A stretch of DNA of 64,000 nucleotides from Perkinsus olseni (Eukaryota): contig JABANN010000010.1 in assembly GCA_013115125.1 (NCBI GenBank), positions 1 to 64,000 of the forward strand, read 5' to 3'. The translations under genes were made by a program, and so were the position numbers. This document shows positions 1 to 9,939 of the stretch, piece by piece; position 1 is the first letter of the stretch, and the number at the start of each line of letters is the position of its first letter. The notes under the pieces were generated by a model. It ran no database searches, had not been told where the DNA came from, and saw nothing but the letters and a program-made list of their open reading frames with translations.

Positions 1-297
1 TAGAGAGGGATGGAGGGGTAATTGATTTTTGAATTAGTTTCTAGTGTGTTAGCATGATCCTATGCGTGTTCTAGTATCTTAGTTCCTTTTCTAAAACATC
101 CAGTCTCGTTGAGTTGGCTAGTGTTGGGGGGCAGTCGCACAATATTCTAAGTTAATTTGGCAAATCTGAAGCGCGCAGATTTTTCGCTCGCCCATTTCTC
201 AGAATCTACTCATGAAACGGTTTTGATTACACTTTCAATCCTTATGCAATGCTATTATACACAACATATCCAAGTACCAGCTTCTGATTCGTGATTG

Positions 298-1515
298 TTA
301 CCGAGATATCGCTCTTTTTGGAAATATTCTAAGATTATTTGGAGCACTGTAGCCGCCGATAAGGTGACTTGACGACTCCGACAGACAAAGCGCGGCGCCC
401 TCAGGGTTTCGGAATGTGCAGAATCCATACCCACGGGGGGTACCATTGTGAGAATCCCGTTTGATGACACATGAGCTTAACCCGCCGTACTTGGAAAAAT
501 ATCGCACCAAGTCGGCTTCAGTGGTCATCGGGTCCAGGCCCCCGACGAATATCTTTCCTGCAACCTGAGTTCTTCCTTGCAGAGAGTCTTCGCTACCGAT
601 AGCAGACTCAGAGTGCACCTGTCGTTCTGCCGCGGCCAATAACAACGATAGCAGCTGAGCAGGAACAGTATCGCCACACAAATCCGGCAGACCTGCGGTG
701 ATGGTCTCTGACGACGACCTTTTCACTATCGGGTCGTGTACCTCCATCGGATCCGCTTCCGAAGAAGAGGATGCACCACCACAATAGGATAGAACCGAGA
801 CCTCGGAGCCATCGGCCGCGTAGAGCTTGGGCGTGAAGGCATCAGCCATGAAGATCACCGGGGACTTTTTGTAGTGATTCACGTTCCCATCTATGCCCTG
901 AATCCTAGCCCACATTGTAGAGTACTTCGTCCCGGCGTCGAAGAGGGTGCGGAAATCTTGTGCCATATTAGCGGAGACGAAATTGATGAAGCAATAGCCC
1001 GCATTTTTGAGGGTCCTGAAATTGATGGGCGCATAAAAGAAATTAATGTGTCTGCCAACCAGCACCCCTGCCGGCTCGAGAATAGTTCGCAAGATTCCTT
1101 CTTGAGACAGCTCGCGCTCGATATCTCGTAGCATGACCGTAGTAGCCTCCGATGCAGGAATGCCTTCTGAGCAGAAGGGCCCTGGTGAGGAGGAAGGGTC
1201 AGCCACCTCACTCAGCAAATGAGCGTTGACGTCTTCAACTCGAATCGTTGGCAGTAGACACAAAGGGGGTGTCGATCCTTGAGGATGATCACCAAGAAGA
1301 CCAGCAGAGGTATCCTTGAGGAAACAGGCTAGAGGAAGCTCGGAAGTTGGCTTCTCCTCTTCGCCATTCCGGGGATCATTCTCTCCTTCAGGCTTCGAGG
1401 TTTCGCTTGGAGAGTAGTAGAGAGTATCACTAACCATAAATACAATAACTAACAGGTAGAATAAAACTGGAGCAAAAGAACCTCGAAGTATCCATGAATG
1501 AATGCGAGCGCCCAA
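298..1515 (-). CDS. Mei2-like RNA-binding protein (Mei2 C-terminal-type RRM followed by a canonical RRM); 5' end uncertain, may have extra upstream exons to ~1810
   Basis: TTVMLRDI...FFYAPINFRTLKNAGYCFINF...WARIQG matches the Mei2 RRM3 signature; KIFVGGL...PRGYGFCTF matches RNP2/RNP1 of a Musashi/hnRNP A1-type RRM. Confidence 0.85.
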   Translation of the reverse strand: MGARIHSWILRGSFAPVLFYLLVIVFMVSDTLYYSPSETSKPEGENDPRNGEEEKPTSELPLACFLKDTSAGLLGDHPQGSTPPLCLLPTIRVEDVNAHLLSEVADPSSSPGPFCSEGIPASEATTVMLRDIERELSQEGILRTILEPAGVLVGRHINFFYAPINFRTLKNAGYCFINFVSANMAQDFRTLFDAGTKYSTMWARIQGIDGNVNHYKKSPVIFMADAFTPKLYAADGSEVSVLSYCGGASSSSEADPMEVHDPIVKRSSSETITAGLPDLCGDTVPAQLLSLLLAAAERQVHSESAIGSEDSLQGRTQVAGKIFVGGLDPMTTEADLVRYFSKYGGLSSCVIKRDSHNGTPRGYGFCTFRNPEGAALCLSESSSHLIGGYSAPNNLRIFPKRAISR

Positions 1516-1625
1516 ATACTTATCGTAAAAGGGGTCAATAGCGGTGGGCTCAATTCCAGCCGGATATCATCGAGAGCCACCGAGATTGTGGTCCTCGAAA
1601 GGACGAGACCGAGCGTCATGTGCAT

Positions 1626-1663
1626 GCGTGCAAGGTGATGCGTGCAAGGTGACGCGTGCAGGG
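1626..1663. repeat. Short tandem repeat, 14-bp unit GCGTGCAAGGTGA(T/C), about 2.7 copies
   Basis: atgcgtgcaaggtgatgcgtgcaaggtgacgcgtgcag read directly. Confidence 0.7.
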
Positions 1664-1915
1664 GCCAAAGTGCTTCCGCCGCTGCAGTAATTGCTTTAGA
1701 CATACCGAGTGACACCTTCCTCCGTTGACAGCAGCTCCAGTTCCCTGAGAGTTTCTCCCAGCACAGAGGCTACTCCAAGATCATGCCCGCCTATTGACTC
1801 ACTAACCCATGCGCAATTTCTAGAAGGGGAAGTGTCGAGAAACTCGGGACGCGCGGCGTGTCCATTGTCTCAGTCTTTTTCATAACAATCCAGTATCAGG
1901 AATCTGATGGTCGAC

Positions 1916-3047
1916 TTAGAGCAGGTACGGGATGATAATTTTCCGGTTCTTCGGGTAGAGCTCTCGGCCGTCCTTGCCATCGAACTCGCGACGATAATTA
2001 CGATGTTTCTTAACCGCCCAGACCCACATTTGGGCGGCGCCAGCTAGCATGTAGGCGACACCCATCACGGTGTGAGACATCAGGTTGAAACCGAACCAAG
2101 ATAGGATCTCGAACATGTAGTTGGGGCAGGAGACGAGCTCGAAAGCGAAGCCGTGAGGAACCTTGCGGACTCTCGATCCCTTTGGTCTGAGATCCCTCAG
2201 AATCGCATGGCAGCGATAATTGCAGATCTCGCATACGGTAAAAATTGCCAAACCCAAAGCGCGTTGCCATTGCTCAGCCACCGGTGTGTAGAGGGGATGG
2301 CAAGCGTAGTAGCCAACTAGAAGGGCGAACCCCCAGTAATAGGTGCAGTTCTTGAAAAGGTTTCTCAAGGGCATGGTGCCATTCGAGAAGCGGTGGACAA
2401 AGAGAGTCTCATACTCTCGCTTGAGGAAGTGCAAAAACCAGCACACGGTAGCAACTAACTGTGCTTCGCGAACGCTGACAGTGGGGGCGGCAACGAAGTG
2501 CTTGAAGGCGTCCGACACGCTGGGATGGTCGCCGGGAGAAGTCGCGCCGTAAATGAACATCTGGCCGAAGTAGAGGATCGGGAAAATGACCATGGGCCCG
2601 AAGTACTCGATGAAGAACACCAGTCTCCATGCGATCTGTGGGATAGTAGTGCTTTGAGTTCCATCAGCGAAGAGTGCTCACCTGCGGGCCTAGATCCTTG
2701 AACACGACTACGTCGCCGTCCTTCAAGCCGTAGCTCGAAAGGGTTGCGCTGTCGTTGGTGAGGGCAACAGGCTTAGATCCCTTCTTGGTCGAATCGGAGG
2801 AGAGGGGCAAAGTCAGTCTGATGCGGGATGGAACGCTGGGCAACCGACGCGCCAGCTGGGCTCCGATCTATTCATGAGCGTTTTGCTAGGTCCACTCCCC
2901 TATCCCCGTGACTCACCTCTGTCGCGCCTCAGACGTTTTGATGGCTTTGGTTAAACCTTTTTTGAGCTCGGCTACAGTAGCGCTCTTCTCGGGTACCGTA
3001 ACAACGGCAAGCTCCTTGCCCTTTCTGCTCTGCACTGTGATCTTCAT
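1916..3047 (-). CDS. TECR: Very-long-chain trans-2,3-enoyl-CoA reductase (TECR/Tsc13 family), spliced
   Basis: N-terminal ubiquitin-like exon MKITVQSRKGKEL; FKDLGP then FFIEYFGP, HFLKREYETLFVHRFS, NLFKNCTYYW, VSCPNYMFE, KKHRNYRREF. Confidence 0.95.
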
Positions 3048-3303
3048 CTCCAAAATTGTTAACCAATGCCAATATCAAGGCTGATGAACGCGAAGTCAAA
3101 TGCGCGCGCCCATATGATCGATTTGAGGAAATCAGTGCAACAACGAATGAAGCGATTTTGGAGGACTGAGTTAGCCTGTCGTGATGGCTCTTAGCGGGGG
3201 GTACCGCTATGGGTTTGATGTCGTACACAACTGGGTAGCTCCAGAATTGTGGTCACGACGTTAACTATGGTAGTAATTCTATTTGGCGTGTACTGTGTTC
3301 GCC

Positions 3304-3653
3304 ATGGCTAGCGACGAGGCATCGAAAGGAAAAGCAAGGGAAATGGATGCGCGGCAGTGAGGCATCAGTCACCTCAGGATACCGGCACGATACGGGTCAT
3401 TTGTCTCAGATCGAAGAATGATAACCTATGTAGATGCTGTCACAAAAGAGAGGCTGAATTTGGTAGTGTTCGAGTCGGAACTTCCGCTGACCTGTTCTGC
3501 ATCTTGCGTGCTTCAACGTAAGGATCTACGAACTTTTCAGGTCCGAGTACCTGTGGCCATATCTTTGCTTGCAAGGGTTGTGCTATGAAGATCGCCACCG
3601 GCGGGAAATGCAAGATCTGCGGCGAACTCTTCGCTGACATCGTCCGTGCTTAA
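3304..3653 (+). CDS. Small RING-HC zinc-finger protein, 72 aa, three exons (3304-3356, 3410-3462, 3541-3653)
   Basis: Canonical GT-AG splicing gives MASDEASKGKAREMDARQSKNDNLCRCCHKREAEFGPSTCGHIFACKGCAMKIATGGKCKICGELFADIVRA*, with the C3HC4 ligand pattern in frame across both introns. Confidence 0.85.
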
Positions 3654-3738
3654 TTTAGCACTTTTCTCGCCTCCGTCGAAGTTGTGTTAACCTCGAACGG
3701 CGAATCTTCTCATTTTCTCAGTTGTTCTTTGACCGGTT

Positions 3739-6185
3739 ATGGCGAGTGCATTTCAATCGGCTTTTTCTGGTCTCAAAAAATACACGAAGAAAATGTAATA
3801 ATGGTGATGTTCTAAGAGCAGCTGCTGACCAGCGGTCGATCGGCTCGGTCCTCGTCAAATTTTATGTATCGTCTGTGAAAGTCTAGCCGTGTCGGGTTGT
3901 CTCGACTGGGTAGCTCTGCATGATTTCCCCGGTTGTGTTTCAGTACCCATACGGAGACCCCCTTGGAGAAGAACCTTCGGGAGGCGGCATCGAATGAAAA
4001 CTGGGGAGTGGCCAACTCTGTATTGATTGATATCGCCAGATGCACACATGATTTGTAATATGGTGGAGTGGATATGGTCGCGGTATCACTCTCGGAAGGT
4101 CCGTGGTACGATTCCTGAATCCGGGACCCTGATACTCGTGGTTATCAAAATTGGAGGTCCTGGAAGAACTATTTTGCCACCTAAGTCTCTCGGTGATCTA
4201 GTGTGAATTTCGCAACCGCTAATATCAGCTACTACCACTTGTTTACCGGATGTGGTCTCGAAGGTCACATCAATTGCAGCCTTCAATGGTTTATTCATTC
4301 TTTGAGCTTTATGAATTCTTGCTCAGCAACGACTACTACCTGATCATGTCGACGGTTTGGTCGGCTATTGGGGATAAGAAAGAAAAGTGGCGCAGGATTT
4401 TCAAGGGACTCAATCTGCTCGATTATCTGCTTAAATTTGGATCGGAGCGTGTCGGTAAGGAGGTGGGTTGGCCGACCGTCGTCGCGAGCGAAGTCAGTGC
4501 TGGTTGCTCTGATGAAGTACAAGTCAGTCACTGCGCCGCAGTGAGATGCCCAAATTGGGCGTGTGAGAGCTCCGCTTCTCCGGGCATTTTCTCCGTATCA
4601 TGCAGAGTCCTTCGAATGGCCCCGGGAAAGAAATAGCTCCGAGTCGAGGACGGTGATAGATTAATTGGGGAACTGCGATTTTTTGGCGTGATGCGGGCGG
4701 TTCGATTCCCGATAGAATTGACGGATTTACTCCAAATTTTGGTGGGGAGAAGTACGTAAAAATATCCGGCTGAACTAGCAGAGTGGTCAACTGAGTGCGA
4801 CTCGGTAGAAAGGCCTCTTTGATTGCGACATGGCGATCAGTTGACGAGACGCGCGATGGTATACATCGGATAAGAGCCTTGCAGGACTTCCAGTACATGG
4901 AGGAGGGCCGGGATAAGGGCGCCGGCATCAGGTAGTCCTCCCATAATCAATTTGGGAACCCGAATTCGACCGATCTATTTGGCAGGGAGAAATCTCGGGA
5001 GATCGTGGATCTAGTGAACAACCCTGTCCAGCTGAGGGCTGAGCGCGAGAAGGCTCGTCAAGGCCGTGACAAGTACATTGGTATTGGGAGCTCCGGGCAA
5101 ACCGTGACCACGGCGGTCGGTGCACCTCCGCCGGGGACGGGGTGAGCCATTCTACGGTATAGCGACCGTTGATGGTGTCGTTTCAGGTACGACAATAGTT
5201 TTGGGACTGCACAATATGCGGCACGTGACGGGGGCTCTAACCCGACCGTGCTGACGGCCACGGTTGTTAGCGGGCCGAAACATCTGCCAGAGAAGAGCAA
5301 GTTGGAGGAGCTCAGAAGACAGGTGCCGGGAACGAACTTGGGTCTTTAAATGCGTCGATCGGTCAGCTAGCTTCGAGCTCTCCCTACGAGAGAGGAGTTA
5401 TGATTGCTTTGCACAGGACCGTGAGAGGCAGCGACAGCGAGCCATGGCTGATGATGAGGCTGCACGGAAGCGCCGAGAGGAAGAGCAGCGTATCCGACAG
5501 GAACAACAACAGCAGAGGCAGCGGCAGCAGCAGCGCCAGGTGTGATTTTGTTGCCGATCTTTTAGTAGATGTACGATTATACTGTCAGGTCGCGGAAGAG
5601 TCGGAAGAATCAAGCTCGGAATCATCCACGTCGTCATCGTCATCAGACGAAGAATCGCCCGTGGCGCGCCAGCCAGTTAGACGACCTCCTCCTCCTCCTC
5701 CACAGCAACGGTGGGAATACAATTCTTGAACAGAAGAGTGAACCTTCCGTAACAGGCGTCCAAGGCCTCCACCTCCCCCGCCGCAGCAGTCAGTCGACCT
5801 GCTCAATATGAACGCGTGGCCTCAGCAGCAGCAGCAGCAGCCGCAACCGGTGGCTTACCAAGGAGCACCGCAGGTCCAAACTACAGCCGGTGCTTATCCA
5901 GGTAAAGACGTATGTTTCGGGTACGATCTCGACGCGATGTCTCCAGGCCAACAACAGAGCTATGGTTACGCGGGTTACTACGGCCAGCAGCAGGCAGGGT
6001 ACGCTCAGCCGCCTATGGGAAATATGCCACTACCGCAACAACCGTATCAACCCTATCAACAGCCACAACAACAGCAGCAGCAGCAAGGCGGAGCTAACCC
6101 GTTCGCTGGCTATCCGCAGCAGGCCAGTAATCCCTTCGCGGCGTCCCAGGGCGCCGGAGGATTGCAGCAGTTCCGAGGTCTCTGA
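3739..6185 (+). CDS. Epsin/ENTH-domain clathrin adaptor, spliced
   Basis: ETPLEKNLREAASNENWG, KWRRIFKGLNLLDYLLKFGSERV, LQDFQYMEEGRDKGAGIR, LRAEREKARQGRDKYIGI; Q-rich tail with two NPF motifs. Confidence 0.93.
5820..6086 (+). repeat. CAG/CAA-rich poly-Gln coding tracts in the epsin tail
   Basis: cagcagcagcagcagcag at ~5823 and caacaacagcagcagcagcaa at ~6066. Confidence 0.8.
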
Positions 6186-6862
6186 GTCCTTTAAGTGTCC
6201 GCCATTGAACTCTGTTATTCGTTCTTTATATTGCCCCCTCACGCTGTTCGTTTGCCGCGGTAGGTCCCCGTACAATTGCTGTCGAGGCGCGGCATACTCA
6301 TAATCAGTTTTCTCACAATTACCTTTCCTCCTCGCGTTACAGTTGGCCCCGGTGGTGACAACGCCAGGCCTAGTATTGGAGAGAGGTCGATCTTGTCGGT
6401 TGGGTGCTCCTCGGAGAGACTTGTAGGCATCGACGGTGCCGCACCGTCACGCGCATCGAAACACCGTTGCGCTACTTCTACAACATAACGTCTTGGAGCT
6501 GTCCTCAACTCAAATCAGATTTTTTTGTGTGTGGTAATAGAACTGATGTTAAAGCCCAGTCAATCTTCATGGTAATTGGCGTATCGGTTAGCCACCCCTG
6601 CCGAGGGTGATATTCCCGACGAATGGGGTTCGCCGTTCGGATGTGGGGAAGGAGCTATGGCAAAACCGTCTGCGAGGTCCAACTCTCTCAGTGGCGCACA
6701 GCATACACGCCCGATTTCTGCGGCGTTTTCGTCCCATCTGCATTCGAAGTCTTTTTACGCTACAGTACCGTTTAAATCTTCCGACGTCAGGGCGGCGCGG
6801 GTGTTCCGGTCAAAAGGGGCTAGTTATCCCCGAGACCTCAGTTAGCTTCGCTTCACCGAGGA

Positions 6863-9466
6863 ATGACAGCCGCGACCGCGACATCGGCGATCGCAACGCA
6901 AAGTAGAGCGGACGAAGTTCTTGCAGTGACCACCAAGGATCCACCAGTGCTTGCATGCGCCCTAGTGCGATTAATCGATACTAGCCGTTGCAGATAGAAA
7001 AGCCCAATCCTGAGGAGGTCCGAGATTATGCCCTGTGGCTCGGGCTCACTGACGATGACCGCGATCTGTTTTGGATTGCCGTGCAAGTGATGGTCGCCCG
7101 AACTCCATGGCATATTCTCACCTCTCGCGAGCTAGGCCCTAACAACACCCATTCCGGAGCCGTGGGTACAGTGTCAGACTGCGTCCGGTGATGTATTTTT
7201 TCATAACTCGAAAACCAAAGAGAGCGTCTGGGACCATCCGTAGGGCCGGGGACGCTTGGCTGCCCACCCCGCCTTGGTTTCTTTTGCTGGGCAAAACCTC
7301 GGTGCTAGATTCGACAGCTTCTACCAACAGGCCGTTACCAAATACAAGAAAGGGAAATGCAACCGCAAGGAGCTGGTGAGTCAGTAGACTGCCGGACTGG
7401 CAGTGCCAGTAACCCCACGCCATAGTATTGCTAGTGGCCAGCGGGTCGTTGGCAGCGACCTCATCATCGGCAACTCCACCCCGCTGCTTCTCATGGGGAG
7501 AGTATGAGAATGCTGCGGTTGAGTCGATTGTTCCCATGGACTGAATGGGAGTGCGGGGAATCTGGTGTTCGCGGAATTGCCAGGCTGCAAATTGCCACCG
7601 GGGATGACGTGATCTCACACATTCAGGCTGAGCTCTTATCACAGCCCTGGTTGCTCGAAGGCCTGCACAAGCACCGTGCGTCCAGTGCAAAACCGGCGGC
7701 GGGTGCTCGAGATTATAAGAATGGAAGGAGAGGTACGACGCTAGAAGTTGTGTTGAGTCGTAGGAGTCTTTTTGTTTCTAGACGAGCGCACACCTGCATA
7801 CCCATGCCTAGAAACGACGAATGTTAACGACAACAATAACAGGTAGATTCGGGTGAATCTATGGAATTGATGCTGGCAGCTAAGGGCCGAGAAAGAGGAG
7901 GAAGAAAGGCTGAAGTCAGTCATGGCGTGGGCAGAGCACGCCGTCACCTCCAGCAGCGACAGTGAAACCGAGCAGCGCCGGCAGAAGTGTGTCCCTCACT
8001 ATTCAGAACGGGACTTGCTCATTCAGGCGTAGCAGTGATGGTGAAGAATCACAGCGGCTTTTCACGACGAGGGACACCAAGATGGACGATGGTGGCCAAG
8101 TAAGTTCCCATTCCTTGAAGGCCTTCCTCTGTGCATCTCATCGAAGGTATTCGCCGAGCTTGAGGAAATGAGAGAGGAAGTGCAACGAGTCAAGCAGAAG
8201 TTGGCAGATGTCAGGTCGATGAATGCAGGCACGAGCGCGATTCCTGGACACTGAGTCTAGGACGTCTCTGAATTTCTCGCAGGAGTTAACGAGGAGATCT
8301 CCCAGCTAGCCAATGCCCAAGAGCGCGTGGACCAATCGGTGCACGACTGCAAAGTTGAGCTGGAGAGGACTAAGGAGGACCTCACGCGGACTCGGGAAGT
8401 GATCCGCGCGGCTTCTCAGGTGGTCAACCCAGTGCAGGTCATTCGCTTCCTGTGGTTAGCTCGCGGGCCCGGTTCAATCACAGAGACCGCTTCGTTCGAA
8501 TATCGATTACGCATCAGCCGCGAAAAGGACTAGGGGGCTAGTTGAGATGAGGAAGACGCGAATGGCCCGAGCTCATCAGTTTCATCAGACGCGCGAGAGC
8601 TCGGATGCCGCCATAACTATGCAAGGCACCGAGGAGGAGGCGAGAATTGAGTCGCTGAGGACTGCCCTGCAGCAGACGAACGACGAGGTGGCTTCATCGG
8701 AATCCGTGGTGGAGGCATATGTGAGTAGACCTTCGGATGACGCCTCTTACTTGCTATTGCTCAGAGGACGGAGGCAACGGAGCTCCGGGCGAGGTTGACG
8801 GAAGCTCGTGATTTCGTTGCGGCATTGGCCGAAGAAGAGTCTTCTACCCGAGGCATGATGGCCGAGAAAGAAACTCTGGCTAAAAGCGTGTCCGAAGAGG
8901 TCCACAGGTCAAGCTCCAGAGTGCATTCTACTGTTATCGAACACCCGCTTTGCAGGTTTCGCGGCATGCTGAGAGCCGAGAGGAGTCGACGAGGACTCGG
9001 CAGAGTGTGCAGTGGGAAGGCGCCAGACGCCGCTGCTGATGTCCTTGAGCGTACCGAGCCTGCCTTGCCTGCTGTGAAGAGGCACACGTGAGTCCGAGGA
9101 AATACCAAAGTATTGTCGAGCTCGGGCTGTGGTCTATCAGCTACTGGGACGAGCTACTTGACAAGGATTTGTTGCCACCACCTCCGCCGGAATTCTCTCC
9201 GCCGAAGCCGAGTAAGCCAGGCCAAAATTCTGCCGTAGGGCTCACGTCCGCCCAACCATCGCCAATATCGTTGCACGACGAAGAGCTCCCGGAGCTGGCC
9301 GAGGTAATGGCATTCAGCGAGGAGCCGGTGACGGGATCGGGTGAGGACCCATGGTGAATAAAATGTCGTGACACACTCGGGAGTTGAGTTGGAGTTACTG
9401 TTATTGGCTACCTTCTGGGGTTGACCTAGACCATCGTAGTAGCCGCATATCGACCAACAGAAAGTA
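6863..9466 (+). CDS. CEP164-like WW-domain and coiled-coil protein, spliced
   Basis: PNPEEVRDYALWLGLTDDDRDLFWIA plus next exon GLTTPIPEPWVQCQTASGDVFFHNSKTKESVWDHP resembles the CEP164 N-terminal/WW module; later exons are coiled-coil and Pro-rich. Confidence 0.7.
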
Positions 9467-9603
9467 GCTTGAATCCTGCTATCAGGGCCAGTAGGTTGTC
9501 CTCTTCGTAACGATTTGCTGTACGTACAGGGGTTCGTTCGCCTAGTGAGAGTTTATCCGCGGTCATGTGTTCTCCGGTAAATGCAAATGGCGTTTCTTAT
9601 GGT

Positions 9604-9744
9604 TGGCGGGGAGAAAAGTGGTCGACATAGCACCACTTTTCGCCTGCTACACGGATCTTTGGGGGCGAGGACATAGCGGATCTGAAATCCGCTATGTCCT
9701 CAGAATCCGATACCACAGCTCACTCGCGCAATGAGCTACTTTTC
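9604..9744 (+). other. Cluster of three consecutive stem-loops between two convergent 3' ends
   Basis: GAAAAGTGGT/ACCACTTTTC (9613-9641), perfect 15-bp GAGGACATAGCGGAT/ATCCGCTATGTCCTC (9667-9701), AGCTCA/TGAGCT (9717-9737). Confidence 0.75.
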
Positions 9745-9939
9745 GCGGGGCAGGAGTAATTCTCTGTGCCAAGCGGAAAACGGTTCGGCGATGCAAGCTA
9801 TGGACATATCATGGACACTCGACGGAGTACTTGTCTCCAACCCAAGTACAGCATAACAAGGAATAATAGGAAACTGATTACGTCAAACGAGTACAACCAC
9901 GGCGATGTCTACGATAACTCTTCGGGAAGATGCAGAGAG

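Noticed and set aside
6239-6750. Small minus-strand gene with CFDARD (COA6/COX6B-like)
   Set aside because: Could not assemble the remaining Cys motif with valid splice sites
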